From the NCBI RefSeq assembly GCF_052907965.1, contig NZ_CM128593.1: DNA of 32,000 bases; one strand, 5' to 3'. Position numbers and translations under genes: made by a program. Of this stretch, positions 18,891 through 29,612 are shown in pieces. Each line of letters starts with the position of its first letter. Position 1 is the stretch's first letter. The notes under the pieces were generated by a model. That model did no database searches and had not been told where the DNA came from. It saw nothing but the letters and a program-made list of their open reading frames with translations.

Positions 18891-19013
18891 ATCCCACTGG
18901 TACCAGAACAGAACAATATTTTGCCTTACTCCGCTCGTCTGAAGTCAACTCAGAAGTCCGTCAATCCGGGACTGGTGAGGGCTTCGGCAACCTTTACCCT
19001 TGAATTTCAATAA
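18891..19013 (+). pseudogene. ydeS: 3' remnant (40 codons) of a fimbrial minor subunit gene (ydeS-like), in frame with the truncated usher
   Basis: It translates as IPLVPEQNNILPYSARLKSTQKSVNPGLVRASATFTLEFQ*, a typical pilin C-terminal beta-strand motif. No N-terminal part is present. Confidence 0.6.
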
Positions 19014-19025
19014 TCAGAGTCAGAT

Positions 19026-19529
19026 ATGAAAAGACTTCACAAGAGGTTCCTGTTAGCTACGTTTTGCGCGTTATTCACAGCAACTCTCCAGGCCGCCGAT
19101 GTCACTATCACTGTTAATGGTCGGGTAGTCGCTAAACCCTGCACTATTCAAACCAAAGAAGCTAACGTTAATCTCGGGGATCTTTATACGCGCAATCTGC
19201 AACAACCTGGTTCTGCATCTGGCTGGCACAATATTACTTTGTCATTAACCGATTGTCCGGCTGAAACAAGTGCAGTGACGGCAATCGTGACAGGTTCAAC
19301 TGACAATACGGGTTATTACACAAATGAAGGTACTGCCGAAAATATTCAGATAGAGCTGAGGGATGACCAGGATGCGACGTTAAAAAATGGCGATAGCAAA
19401 ACGGTTATTGTTGATGAGATCACTCGTAATGCACAGTTTCCACTTAAGGCAAGAGCTATCACGGTGAATGGAAACGCAAGCCAGGGAACGATCGAGGCGC
19501 TAATCAATGTGATCTACACCTGGCAATAA
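19026..19529 (+). CDS. ydeR: Fimbrial minor subunit (FimG-like)
   Basis: 167 aa with signal peptide ...TATLQA, a type 1 pilin fold signature (Cys pair) and the C-terminal motif GTIEALINVIYTWQ. Size and position match K-12 ydeR. Confidence 0.85.
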   Translation: MKRLHKRFLLATFCALFTATLQAADVTITVNGRVVAKPCTIQTKEANVNLGDLYTRNLQQPGSASGWHNITLSLTDCPAETSAVTAIVTGSTDNTGYYTNEGTAENIQIELRDDQDATLKNGDSKTVIVDEITRNAQFPLKARAITVNGNASQGTIEALINVIYTWQ

Positions 19530-19588
19530 CATCGATTCGATTTTCTTAGCCTTCTTTTTAAATCAATTTTTTAACCTTAGGATATATC

Positions 19589-20503
19589 ATGGGTAAAACA
19601 ATCAGTATAAAGGTCCTGTTCGGTATTTATCTTCTATTAATGGCAGGCAAAGTTTTTGCCTTCAGTTGTAATTTCGATGGCGGGTCAAGTATTGGAGCTG
19701 GTACAACCTCTGTTTATGTTAATCTCGACCCTGTAATACAGCCGGGCCAGAATCTGGTTGTAGACTTGTCTCAGCATATAAGTTGCTGGAATGATTACGG
19801 CGGCTGGTACGACACTGATCATATAAACCTGGTACAAGGCTCAGCTTTCGCAGGCTCTCTACAGTCATATAAAGGATCGCTGTACTGGAATAATGTGACC
19901 TACCCCTTCCCGTTGACGACAAATACCAACGTATTGGATATTGGTGATAAGACACCGATGCCATTACCGTTAAAACTCTATATTACCCCAGTCGGGGCGG
20001 CCGGTGGAGTTGTCATAAAAGCCGGGGAAGTTATTGCCCGTATTCATATGTATAAAATTGCCACGTTAGGAAGCGGAAATCCGCGTAATTTTACGTGGAA
20101 TATTATTTCAAATAACAGTGTTGTTATGCCAACAGGCGGCTGCACTGTTGATAGTCGTAATGTCACCGTGAATCTCCCGGACTTTCCTGGAAGCGCAGAA
20201 ATCCCCCTTGGCGTATATTGCTCAAGTGAACAAAAGCTCTCATTTTATCTTTCGGGTGCTACCACTGACAGTGCTAAACAAGTGTTTGCTAACACAGCAC
20301 CAGATGCAACAAAAGCATCGGGAGTGGGTGTCTCTCTGATGCGTAATGGAAAAATACTGGCTACGGGAGAAAATGTCTCCCTGGGGACAGTAAATAAAAG
20401 CAAAGTACCTCTGGGTTTAAGCGCAACCTATGGACAAACAGGGAACAAAGTTTCAGCCGGAACCGTCCAGTCAGTCATTGGTGTCACTTTTATCTGTGAA
20501 TAA
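19589..20503 (+). CDS. ydeQ: FimH-like two-domain fimbrial adhesin
   Basis: 304 aa. It aligns by eye with FimH throughout (FSC...[58 protein letters not shown]). Confidence 0.9.
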   Translation: MGKTISIKVLFGIYLLLMAGKVFAFSCNFDGGSSIGAGTTSVYVNLDPVIQPGQNLVVDLSQHISCWNDYGGWYDTDHINLVQGSAFAGSLQSYKGSLYWNNVTYPFPLTTNTNVLDIGDKTPMPLPLKLYITPVGAAGGVVIKAGEVIARIHMYKIATLGSGNPRNFTWNIISNNSVVMPTGGCTVDSRNVTVNLPDFPGSAEIPLGVYCSSEQKLSFYLSGATTDSAKQVFANTAPDATKASGVGVSLMRNGKILATGENVSLGTVNKSKVPLGLSATYGQTGNKVSAGTVQSVIGVTFICE

Positions 20504-20575
20504 TTGTGATTTTGACCTTAGTCTATGCGCTCCATTCACGAAAATTGCGCGGATAATTATTTTGTGAAAGCTATT

Positions 20576-20593
20576 ATCCTACACCTGTAAGAA
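20576..20593. promoter_or_regulatory. EvgA box upstream of ydeP
   Basis: ATCCTACACCTGTAAGAA compared with the published EvgA inverted repeat TTCYTACA-NN-TGTARGAA (recalled). ydeP is a known direct EvgA target. Confidence 0.6.
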
Positions 20594-20836
20594 AATCCGC
20601 GCACAATTGAAGCCAGAGTCTTATTTTTTATATTGAAAAATATGTTAATTTAAACACTATGAGAGATGATGCTTACCTTATCGTATTTAATCTATGGTTT
20701 AACGATAATAGATTAAAAATAGAAAGAGAGTAGTCCCCTACTCTTATATATCCATGTTGGCGATAATCCCTTTGTATGTACTGTGCATCATCGCTATTAC
20801 AAATCCTAATAATTCATTTCCACACAGGATAAGTAG

Positions 20837-23116
20837 ATGAAGAAAAAAATTGAATCCTACCAGGGTGCTGCCGGTGGTTGGGGTGCTGTTAAATCCGTAG
20901 CGAATGCAGTACGTAAGCAGATGGATATACGCCAGGATGTTATTGCCATGTTTGACATGAATAAGCCAGAGGGCTTTGACTGTCCGGGTTGTGCATGGCC
21001 AGATCCTAAGCACAGTGCGTCATTCGACATTTGTGAAAACGGCGCAAAAGCAATCGCCTGGGAAGTCACGGATAAGCAGGTAAACGCCTCTTTCTTTGCT
21101 GAGAATACGGTTCAATCATTACTTACCTGGGGAGACCACGAGCTTGAGGCTGCGGGGCGACTCACTCAGCCTTTGAAATATGATGCCGTCAGCGACTGTT
21201 ACAAGCCATTAAGCTGGCAACAAGCTTTCAATGAAATTGGCGCACGCCTTCAAAGCTATAGTGATCCCAATCAGGTTGAATTCTATACTTCGGGCCGCAC
21301 TTCCAATGAAGCTGCCTTTCTTTATCAGCTTTTTGCCCGTGAATACGGGAGCAATAACTTTCCCGACTGCTCCAACATGTGCCATGAACCGACAAGCGTG
21401 GGTTTGGCAGCGAGTATCGGTGTAGGTAAAGGGACCGTGTTGCTGGAAGACTTTGAGAAGTGCGATTTAGTCATTTGCATTGGGCATAACCCTGGTACAA
21501 ACCACCCTCGCATGCTGACTTCGTTGCGCGCTTTAGTGAAACGGGGAGCGAAAATGATCGCCATCAATCCTCTACAGGAACGTGGCCTGGAGCGATTTAC
21601 CGCACCGCAAAACCCGTTTGAAATGCTGACGAACTCTGAGACTCAGTTGGCCAGTGCCTACTACAACGTGCGCATTGGTGGCGATATGGCGTTGCTCAAG
21701 GGGATGATGCGCCTGTTAATTGAGCGCGATGATGCTGCAAGTGCCGCAGGTCGGCCCTCATTGCTGGATGACGAATTTATTCAAACGCATACCGTCGGCT
21801 TTGACGAGCTACGCCGTGACGTTCTCAATTCCGAGTGGAAAGATATCGAACGTATTTCTGGACTAAGTCAGACACAAATCGCCGAACTGGCTGATGCATA
21901 TGCCGCTGCCGAACGCACCATTATCTGTTACGGAATGGGGATCACTCAGCACGAACATGGTACCCAGAATGTACAGCAACTGGTCAATCTGCTGTTGATG
22001 AAAGGTAACATTGGCAAGCCTGGTGCGGGTATCTGCCCACTACGTGGCCACTCTAATGTACAGGGCGACCGAACCGTCGGTATCACCGAGAAACCGTCTG
22101 CAGAGTTTCTGGCTCGCCTGGGTGAGCGCTATGGCTTCACACCACCTCAAGCACCTGGACATGCTGCAATTGCCAGCATGCAAGCAATATGTTCAGGGCA
22201 GGCTCGAGCATTGATCTGCATGGGGGGCAACTTTGCACTGGCAATGCCAGATCGGGAAGCGAGCGCTGTACCGTTAACGCAATTAGATCTGGCGGTACAC
22301 GTAGCCACTAAGCTTAACCGCTCTCATCTGCTGACCGCACGGCATAGCTATATTCTGCCGGTTCTGGGACGTAGCGAGATTGACATGCAAAAAAGCGGTG
22401 CGCAGGCGGTAACCGTTGAGGATTCAATGTCGATGATTCATGCCTCGCGTGGCGTGTTAAAACCCGCCGATGTAATGCTGAAATCAGAGTGTGCAGTGGT
22501 CGCGGGAATCGCGCAGGCAGCACTACCCCAGAGCGTGGTAGCCTGGGAGTATCTGGTGGAAGATTATGATCGCATTCGCAATGACATTGAAGCTGTGCTG
22601 CCAGAGTTCGCCGATTATAACCAGCGCATCCGACATCCTGGAGGTTTTCACCTGATAAATGCAGCTGCTGAAAGGCGCTGGATGACGCCGTCAGGTAAGG
22701 CTAATTTCATTACCAGCAAAGGGCTGTTAGAAGATCCCTCTTCAGCGTTTAACAGTAAGCTGGTCATGGCGACAGTACGCAGTCACGATCAGTACAACAC
22801 GACGATTTATGGTATGGATGATCGTTATCGAGGGGTATTCGGTCAACGAGATGTGGTCTTTATGAGTGCTAAACAAGCTAAAATTTGCCGTGTAAAAAAC
22901 GGCGAAAGAGTTAATCTTATTGCGCTTACGCCAGACGGTAAGCGCAGCTCACGCCGCATGGATAGATTAAAAGTGGTCATTTACCCTATGGCTGACCGCT
23001 CACTGGTGACCTATTTTCCAGAATCGAATCACATGCTAACACTTGATAACCACGATCCATTAAGTGGCATTCCTGGCTATAAAAGTATTCCGGTTGAATT
23101 AGAACCATCAAATTAA
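20837..23116 (+). CDS. ydeP: Molybdopterin-dependent oxidoreductase (formate dehydrogenase-H-like), acid-resistance protein YdeP
   Basis: 759 aa, near-identical to my recollection of K-12 YdeP. It has the N-terminal Cys cluster CPGCAWPD...C and a molybdopterin oxidoreductase core. Confidence 0.95.
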   Translation: MKKKIESYQGAAGGWGAVKSVANAVRKQMDIRQDVIAMFDMNKPEGFDCPGCAWPDPKHSASFDICENGAKAIAWEVTDKQVNASFFAENTVQSLLTWGDHELEAAGRLTQPLKYDAVSDCYKPLSWQQAFNEIGARLQSYSDPNQVEFYTSGRTSNEAAFLYQLFAREYGSNNFPDCSNMCHEPTSVGLAASIGVGKGTVLLEDFEKCDLVICIGHNPGTNHPRMLTSLRALVKRGAKMIAINPLQERGLERFTAPQNPFEMLTNSETQLASAYYNVRIGGDMALLKGMMRLLIERDDAASAAGRPSLLDDEFIQTHTVGFDELRRDVLNSEWKDIERISGLSQTQIAELADAYAAAERTIICYGMGITQHEHGTQNVQQLVNLLLMKGNIGKPGAGICPLRGHSNVQGDRTVGITEKPSAEFLARLGERYGFTPPQAPGHAAIASMQAICSGQARALICMGGNFALAMPDREASAVPLTQLDLAVHVATKLNRSHLLTARHSYILPVLGRSEIDMQKSGAQAVTVEDSMSMIHASRGVLKPADVMLKSECAVVAGIAQAALPQSVVAWEYLVEDYDRIRNDIEAVLPEFADYNQRIRHPGGFHLINAAAERRWMTPSGKANFITSKGLLEDPSSAFNSKLVMATVRSHDQYNTTIYGMDDRYRGVFGQRDVVFMSAKQAKICRVKNGERVNLIALTPDGKRSSRRMDRLKVVIYPMADRSLVTYFPESNHMLTLDNHDPLSGIPGYKSIPVELEPSN

Positions 23117-23129
23117 TGCCTCTTCTCAT

Positions 23130-23166
23130 TTCTTCTGCTGTCATCCGCACAGCAGAAGAATTCCTC
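23130..23166 (+). terminator. Rho-independent terminator candidate after ydeP
   Basis: 12-bp stem TTCTTCTGCTGT / ACAGCAGAAGAA with a 7-nt loop, followed by ttcctcatt (a weak T tract). Confidence 0.6.
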
Positions 23167-23234
23167 ATTGACTATTATCGCGCAATTTGCTCACATGGAT
23201 TAAATTAAACTACATACTATAAGATATAAACTTC

Positions 23235-23252
23235 TGCCTACAGCTGTAAGAA
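23235..23252. promoter_or_regulatory. EvgA box upstream of safA-ydeO
   Basis: TGCCTACAGCTGTAAGAA matches the EvgA inverted-repeat consensus. About 50 bp around it are paralogous to the ydeP upstream region (20576-20625). Confidence 0.6.
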
Positions 23253-23363
23253 ACTCCGCTCAGTACTGAAGCACCAGTCCTATTTCCTCTTTTCTCCAGC
23301 CTGTTATATTAAGCATACTGATTAACGATTTTTAACGTTATCCGCTAAATAAACATATTTGAA

Positions 23364-23561
23364 ATGCATTCGACCACAGTGAAAAACAAAATCACGCAAA
23401 GAGACAACTATAAAGAAATCATGTTTGTAATTGTGGTTGTCTTATTACTGACCCTTACGTTGATAGCCATTTTTTCGGCAATTGATCAGCTGGGCATTTC
23501 AGAAATGGGTCGCATTGCAAGAGATCTTACACATTTCATTATCAATAGTTTGCAAGACTGA
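23364..23561 (+). CDS. safA: SafA, small membrane connector protein linking EvgS/EvgA to PhoQ/PhoP
   Basis: 65 aa (MHSTTVKNKITQRDNYKEIM...), a single TM helix, position upstream of ydeO. It matches K-12 SafA (B1500) with a few substitutions. Confidence 0.9.
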   Translation: MHSTTVKNKITQRDNYKEIMFVIVVVLLLTLTLIAIFSAIDQLGISEMGRIARDLTHFIINSLQD

Positions 23562-23635
23562 AAATAAACAGCAAATTATAAATATGAAATGTTAAAAAAG
23601 TATCGATAAAAACTTTATTGTTTTAAGGAGATAAA

Positions 23636-24397
23636 ATGTCGCTCGTTTGTTCTGTTATATTTATTCATCATGCCTTCAACGCTAACATTTTAGATAAAGA
23701 TTACGCCTTCTCTGACGGCGAGATCCTGATGGTAGATAACGCTGTTCGTACGCATTTTGAACCTTATGAGCGGCATTTTAAAGAAATCGGATTTAATGAA
23801 AATACCATTAAAAAATATCTACAATGCACTAACATCCAGACAGTGACGGTGCCTGTTCCTGCGAAGTTTTTACGTGCTTCTAATGTACCGACTGGATTGC
23901 TTAATGAAATGATTGCTTATCTCAACTCGGAAGAACGCAATCATCATAATTTTTCAGAACTTTTGCTTTTTTCTTGCCTGTCTATTTTTGCCGCATGCAA
24001 AGGTTTCATTACACTATTAACTAACGGTGTGCTATCCGTTTCCGGGAAAGTGAGAAATATTGTCAACATGAAGCTGGCGCACCCATGGAAGCTGAAAGAT
24101 ATTTGTGACTGCCTGTACATCAGTGAAAGCCTGTTGAAGAAAAAACTTAAGCAAGAGCAAACGACATTCTCACAGATTCTTTTAGATGCCAGAATGCAGC
24201 ACGCAAAAAATTTGATACGCGTAGAAGGTTCAGTCAATAAAATTGCCGAACAATGTGGTTATGCCAGTACATCTTATTTTATTTATGCGTTCCGCAAACA
24301 TTTCGGCAACAGTCCGAAGAGAGTTTCTAAGGAGTACCGTTGTCAAAGGCACACCGGTATGAACACGGACAACACGATGAGTGCTTTAGCTATTTGA
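23636..24397 (+). CDS. ydeO: AraC/XylS-family acid-resistance regulator YdeO
   Basis: 253 aa with a C-terminal AraC-type HTH (IAEQCGYASTSYFIYAFRKHFGNSP). It matches K-12 YdeO. Confidence 0.95.
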   Translation: MSLVCSVIFIHHAFNANILDKDYAFSDGEILMVDNAVRTHFEPYERHFKEIGFNENTIKKYLQCTNIQTVTVPVPAKFLRASNVPTGLLNEMIAYLNSEERNHHNFSELLLFSCLSIFAACKGFITLLTNGVLSVSGKVRNIVNMKLAHPWKLKDICDCLYISESLLKKKLKQEQTTFSQILLDARMQHAKNLIRVEGSVNKIAEQCGYASTSYFIYAFRKHFGNSPKRVSKEYRCQRHTGMNTDNTMSALAI

Positions 24398-24798
24398 TTA
24401 TTTGCTAACGGGTAGTCAACCACACACGCTACGTAAGAATTAAATGGGGCAGCCATTCCTTGCCCCGCGTTGTTTTTAGGCGATATATTTATTGAAATAA
24501 ATAAGTGACATTCATCACATATTTATGCATTTGCATAACCTATTGCATGATTATTTATGATCTCAATTCGGCATTTTGTCAGTAAAATACAATAATTTAT
24601 TAAATATCAATAGATTAGTTGTTTATCGGCGAGAAATTACTTAGTAGAACAGAAAGTAATGTCAACGCTTTATGGACTGTTATTTCCCTTTTTTTAGCTA
24701 AATCTGCTATCTCTTTATGTGACTAACTTCACTTACATCCACTTATTTCTCTTCGTAAAATTACTTTGGAATTAAGTACAATAAGAAGAGGAACATTT

Positions 24799-26481
24799 AT
24801 GAAGTCTGCATTAAAGAAAAGTGTCGTAAGTACCTCGATATCTTTGATACTGGCATCTGGTATGGCTGCATTTGCTGCTCATGCGGCAGATGATGTAAAG
24901 CTGAAAGCAACCAAAACAAACGTTGCTTTCTCAGACTTTACGCCGACTGAATACAGTACCAAAGGAAAGCCAAATATTATCGTACTGACCATGGATGATC
25001 TTGGTTATGGACAACTTCCTTTTGATAAGGGATCTTTTGACCCAAAAACAATGGAAAATCGTGAAGTTGTCGATACCTACAAAATAGGGATAGATAAAGC
25101 CATTGAAGCTGCACAAAAATCAACGCCGACGCTCCTTTCATTAATGGATGAAGGCGTACGTTTTACTAACGGCTATGTGGCACACGGTGTTTCCGGCCCC
25201 TCCCGCGCCGCAATAATGACCGGTCGAGCTCCCGCCCGCTTTGGTGTCTATTCCAATACCGATGCTCAGGATGGTATTCCGCTCACAGAAACTTTCTTGC
25301 CTGAATTATTCCAGAATCATGGTTATTACACTGCAGCAGTAGGTAAATGGCACTTGTCAAAAATCAGTAATGTGCCGGTACCGGAAGATAAACAAACACG
25401 TGACTATCATGACAACTTCACCACATTTTCTGCGGAAGAATGGCAACCGCAAAACCGTGGCTTTGATTACTTTATGGGATTCCACGCTGCAGGAACGGCA
25501 TATTACAACTCCCCTTCACTGTTCAAAAATCGTGAACGTGTCCCCGCAAAAGGTTATATCAGCGATCAGTTAACCGATGAGGCAATTGGCGTTGTTGATC
25601 GTGCCAAAACACTTGACCAGCCTTTTATGCTTTACCTGGCTTATAATGCTCCGCACCTGCCAAATGATAATCCTGCACCGGAGCAATATCAGAAGCAATT
25701 TAATACCGGTAGTCAAACAGCAGATAACTACTACGCTTCCGTTTATTCTGTTGATCAGGGTGTAAAACGCATTCTCGAACAACTGAAGAAAAACGGACAG
25801 TATGACAATACAATTATTCTCTTTACCTCCGATAATGGTGCGGTTATCGATGGCCCTCTGCCGCTGAACGGGGCGCAAAAAGGCTATAAGAGTCAGACCT
25901 ATCCTGGCGGTACTCACACCCCAATGTTTATGTGGTGGAAAGGAAAACTTCAACCCGGTAATTATGACAAGCTGATTTCCGCAATGGATTTCTACCCGAC
26001 AGCTCTTGATGCAGCCGATATCAGCATTCCAAAAGACCTTAAGCTGGATGGCGTTTCCTTGCTGCCCTGGTTGCAAGATAAGAAACAAGGCGAGCCACAT
26101 AAAAATCTGACCTGGATAACCTCTTATTCTCACTGGTTTGATGAGGAAAATATTCCATTCTGGGATAATTACCACAAATTTGTCCGTCATCAGTCAGACG
26201 ATTACCCGCATAACCCCAACACTGAGGACTTAAGCCAATTCTCTTATACGGTGAGAAATAACGATTATTCGCTTGTCTATACAGTAGAAAACAATCAGTT
26301 AGGTCTCTACAAACTGACGGATCTACAGCAAAAAGATAACCTTGCCGCCGCCAATCCGCAGGTCGTTAAAGAGATGCAAGGCGTGGTAAGAGAGTTTATC
26401 GACAGCAGCCAGCCACCGCTTAGCGAGGTAAATCAGGAGAAGTTTAACAATATCAAGAAAGCACTAAGCGAAGCGAAATAA
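24799..26481 (+). CDS. ydeN: Ser-type sulfatase (periplasmic) YdeN
   Basis: Start at ATG 24799 (AGAGGA Shine-Dalgarno); the ORF track begins at 24766. Signal peptide ...AAHAADD. Sulfatase signature SGPSRAAIMTGR (S-x-P-x-R, with Ser instead of Cys) and MDDLGYGQ metal-binding N-terminus. Confidence 0.9.
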   Translation: MKSALKKSVVSTSISLILASGMAAFAAHAADDVKLKATKTNVAFSDFTPTEYSTKGKPNIIVLTMDDLGYGQLPFDKGSFDPKTMENREVVDTYKIGIDKAIEAAQKSTPTLLSLMDEGVRFTNGYVAHGVSGPSRAAIMTGRAPARFGVYSNTDAQDGIPLTETFLPELFQNHGYYTAAVGKWHLSKISNVPVPEDKQTRDYHDNFTTFSAEEWQPQNRGFDYFMGFHAAGTAYYNSPSLFKNRERVPAKGYISDQLTDEAIGVVDRAKTLDQPFMLYLAYNAPHLPNDNPAPEQYQKQFNTGSQTADNYYASVYSVDQGVKRILEQLKKNGQYDNTIILFTSDNGAVIDGPLPLNGAQKGYKSQTYPGGTHTPMFMWWKGKLQPGNYDKLISAMDFYPTALDAADISIPKDLKLDGVSLLPWLQDKKQGEPHKNLTWITSYSHWFDEENIPFWDNYHKFVRHQSDDYPHNPNTEDLSQFSYTVRNNDYSLVYTVENNQLGLYKLTDLQQKDNLAAANPQVVKEMQGVVREFIDSSQPPLSEVNQEKFNNIKKALSEAK

Positions 26482-26493
26482 CTAAACCTTCAT

Positions 26494-26520
26494 GCGGCGG
26501 ATTTTTCCGCCGCCTTATTG
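26494..26520 (+). terminator. Hairpin / weak terminator after ydeN
   Basis: GCGGCGGA-tttt-TCCGCCGC followed by cttattg. It overlaps the upstream end of the ydeM ORF. Confidence 0.45.
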
Positions 26521-26532
26521 AGCGAGATAGCG

Positions 26533-27690
26533 ATGCACGTTACAGCCAAGCCCTACAGTTTTCAATGTAATCTCAAATGTGATTACTGTTTTTACCTTGA
26601 AAAAGAGTCGCAGTTTACTCATGAAAAATGGATGGATGACAGCACTCTGAAAGAGTTCATCAAACAATATATCGCAGCGTCTGGCAATCAGGTCTATTTT
26701 ACCTGGCAAGGCGGTGAACCCACTCTGGCTGGCCTGGATTTTTTCCGTAAAGTTATTCACTATCAACAACGCTATGCAGGCCAAAAACGTATTTTTAATG
26801 CATTACAAACGAATGGCATTTTATTGAATAATGAATGGTGTGCCTTTCTCAAAGAACATGAGTTTCTGGTTGGTATCTCGATCGATGGACCCCAGGAGCT
26901 ACATGACCGTTACAGACGCAGTAATTCAGGTAACGGTACTTTTGCAAAAGTGATAGCAGCCATCGAGCGTCTGAAATCATATCAAGTAGAGTTTAATACG
27001 TTAACCGTCATTAATAACGTTAATGTCCATTACCCTCTTGAGGTTTATCATTTTTTAAAATCTATCGGCAGTAAACATATGCAATTTATCGAATTGCTCG
27101 AAACCGGGACGCCGAATATTGATTTCAGTGGTCATAGTGAGAACACATTCCGCATCATTGATTTTTCTGTGCCTCCCACGGCTTATGGCAAGTTTATGTC
27201 AACCATTTTTATGCAATGGGTTAAAAACGATGTGGGTGAAATTTTCATCCGTCAGTTTGAAAGCTTTGTCAGCCGTTTTTTGGGGAATGGGCATACCAGT
27301 TGTATTTTCCAGGAGTCCTGCAAGGATAATCTGGTTGTTGAAAGTAATGGAGACATTTACGAATGCGACCATTTTGTCTATCCACAGTACAAAATTGGAA
27401 ACATTAATAAATCTGAACTCAAAACGACGAACAGTGTACAACTGACAGCGCAAAAAAAACGGATTTCAGCGAAATGTCTGAAATGTGTATATAAACCTAT
27501 CTGCAATGGCGGTTGTCCTAAGCATCGTATTACTAAAGTAAACAATGAGACTGTTTCTTATTTTTGCGAAGGTTATAAAATCCTTTTTTCAACCATGGTA
27601 CCTTATATGAACGCCATGGTGGAGTTAGCTAAGAACAGAGTACCGCTTTACCACATTATGGATGTTGCAAAACAAATGGAGAATAATTAA
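26533..27690 (+). CDS. ydeM: Radical-SAM anaerobic sulfatase-maturating enzyme homologue YdeM
   Basis: Start at ATG 26533 (MHVTAKP...). CxxxCxxC cluster motif (CNLKCDYC), GGEPTL SAM-binding motif and a C-terminal Cys-rich SPASM-like region ([18 protein letters not shown]). Confidence 0.9.
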   Translation: MHVTAKPYSFQCNLKCDYCFYLEKESQFTHEKWMDDSTLKEFIKQYIAASGNQVYFTWQGGEPTLAGLDFFRKVIHYQQRYAGQKRIFNALQTNGILLNNEWCAFLKEHEFLVGISIDGPQELHDRYRRSNSGNGTFAKVIAAIERLKSYQVEFNTLTVINNVNVHYPLEVYHFLKSIGSKHMQFIELLETGTPNIDFSGHSENTFRIIDFSVPPTAYGKFMSTIFMQWVKNDVGEIFIRQFESFVSRFLGNGHTSCIFQESCKDNLVVESNGDIYECDHFVYPQYKIGNINKSELKTTNSVQLTAQKKRISAKCLKCVYKPICNGGCPKHRITKVNNETVSYFCEGYKILFSTMVPYMNAMVELAKNRVPLYHIMDVAKQMENN

Positions 27691-27979
27691 TAACGCTCCC
27701 TCTTTGCTCCAGTCTTAGCCTCCTTCTTATGGCCTTAACAAGACACCCGACATAAATTCCTGTTGGGTGTTTCGTCATATCATCTTCCCTTGCGAAAATC
27801 CTGGCATACGTGGTATGCGTCAGGGCATTAGCAATACCCTTGATTATCAATAGCATAACCATAACCACTGAAAATTAAATATTTCTATATATTTCATATT
27901 GTTAAATGATACTTAAATAAATTTCATCAGTAAATCATTGCCATAGATAATCATTGGATGGCACAATCAATTTTCGCTA

Positions 27980-28844
27980 ATGATAACCATTCCCATTACG
28001 TTTTGTATGTTGATAGCAAAGTATCTCTGTCTGCTGAAGCCCTTTTGGCTGCGTAAGAATAATAAAACTTCAGTGTTGTTAATCATTATTATCCTCGCCA
28101 TGATCCTTGGCGTGGTTAAAATTCAGGTCTGGTTAAACGACTGGAATAATGATTTTTTCAATGCGCTAAGCCAGAAAGAAACCGATAAGCTTTGGCAGCT
28201 TGTCCTTTGGTTCCTTGCCCTGCTGGGGATCTTTGTATTAATATCAGTAAACAAAACATGGTTAATTAAACTGCTGACTATTCGCTGGCGCGAATGGTTA
28301 ACAGATTACTACCTTAATCGGTGGTTTGCAGATAAAAACTACTACTTCACGCAGATCTACGGCGAGCATAAAAATACAGATAACCCTGACCAACGTATCG
28401 CTGAAGACATTCTCTTACTGATCAGCAAAACGCTCAGTCTTTCATTTGGCTTCATCCAGTCACTTAGCATGCTGATCACCTTTACCGTTATTCTTTGGCA
28501 AAGCGCGGGTACGCTCTCATTCACTGTTGGTGGAACAGAATGGAATATCCAGGGGTATATGGTCTATACCGTCGTGCTCATTGTGATCGGTGGAACTTTA
28601 TTTACCCATAAGGTGGGTAAACGTATTCGTCCGCTTAATGTGGAAAAACAACGTAGCGAAGCGACATTTCGAACTAATCTTGTGCAGCATAATAAACAGG
28701 CAGAACTGATTGCGCTAAGCAATGCTGAGTCTCTACAACGCCAGGAGTTGAGCGACAATTTTCATACCATTAAAGAGAACTGGCATCGTTTAATGAATCG
28801 TCAGCGGTGGCTTGATTACTGGCAGAATATTTATTCGCGCTCGC
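27980..28844 (+). pseudogene. yddA: yddA 5' part (ABC transporter, fused permease/ATPase), interrupted by IS1
   Basis: TM-rich N-terminal domain matching K-12 YddA up to ...WQNIYSRS. The reading frame then runs into the IS1 left inverted repeat. Confidence 0.9.
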
Positions 28845-28899
28845 GGTGATGCTGCCAACTTACTGATTTAGTGTATGATGGTGTTTTTGAGGTGCTCCA

Positions 28900-29175
28900 G
28901 TGGCTTCTGTTTCTATCAGCTGTCCCTCCTGTTCAGCTACTGACGGGGTGGTGCGTAACGGCAAAAGCACTGCCGGACATCAGCGCTATCTCTGCTCTCA
29001 CTGCCGTAAAACATGGCAACTGCAGTTCACTTACACCGCTTCTCAACCCGGTACGCACCAGAAAATCATTGATATGGCCATGAATGGCGTTGGATGCCGG
29101 GCAACTGCCCGCATTATGGGCGTTGGCCTCAACACGATTTTACGTCACTTAAAAAACTCAGGCCGCAGTCGGTAA
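28900..29175 (+). CDS. insA: IS1 InsA (transposition inhibitor / N-terminal part of the InsAB' transposase)
   Basis: 91 aa ([40 protein letters not shown]...), the canonical InsA sequence. Confidence 0.95.
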
Positions 29176-29597
29176 CCTCGCGCATACAGCCGGGCAGTGA
29201 CGTCATCGTCTGCGCGGAAATGGGCGAACAGTGGGGCTATGTCGGGGCTAAATCGCGCCAGCGCTGGCTGTTTTACGCGTATGACAGGCTCCGGAAGACG
29301 GTTGTTGCGCACGTATTCGGTGAACGCACGATGGCGACGCTGGGGCGTCTTATGAGCCTGCTGTCACCCTTTGACGTGGTGATATGGATGACGGATGGCT
29401 GGCCGCTGTATGAATCCCGCCTGAAGGGAAAGCTGCACGTAATCAGCAAGCGATATACGCAGCGAATTGAGCGGCATAACCTGAATCTGAGGCAGCACCT
29501 GGCACGGCTGGGACGGAAGTCGCTGTCGTTCTCAAAATCGGTGGAGCTGCATGACAAAGTCATCGGGCATTATCTGAACATAAAACACTATCAATAA
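29094..29597 (+). CDS. insB: IS1 InsB frame (expressed as InsAB' by a -1 frameshift at A6C)
   Basis: The 167-aa frame matches InsB, except for [10 protein letters not shown] where canonical IS1 has CAEMDEQWGY. Confidence 0.85.
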
Positions 29598-29612
29598 GTT
29601 GGAGTCATTACC

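Larger units (their letters stand above)
28845..29612 (+). mobile_element. IS1 insertion sequence (768 bp)
   Basis: Terminal inverted repeats GGTGATGCTGCCAACTTACTGAT... and ...ATCAATAAGTTGGAGTCATTACC. insA and insB ORFs are present, as is the A6C frameshift motif at 29151-29157. It is flanked by the 9-bp direct repeat CGCGCTCGC (28836-28844 and 29613-29621). Confidence 0.95.

Noticed and set aside
25570-26190. A 206-aa minus-strand ORF inside ydeN, and smaller ORFs at 24931-25116, 25370-25573 and 25577-25765.
   Set aside because: They are embedded in the well-supported sulfatase reading frame and have no independent signals.
27656-27868. A 70-aa minus-strand ORF in the ydeM-yddA intergenic region.
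   Set aside because: It overlaps the ydeM 3' end and I saw no Shine-Dalgarno or recognisable domain. From memory, K-12 has no gene here. A remnant cannot be excluded.
28871-29083. A 70-aa plus-strand ORF at the left end of IS1, and a 96-aa minus-strand ORF at 29273-29563.
   Set aside because: They are alternative frames of insA/insB within a canonical IS1.
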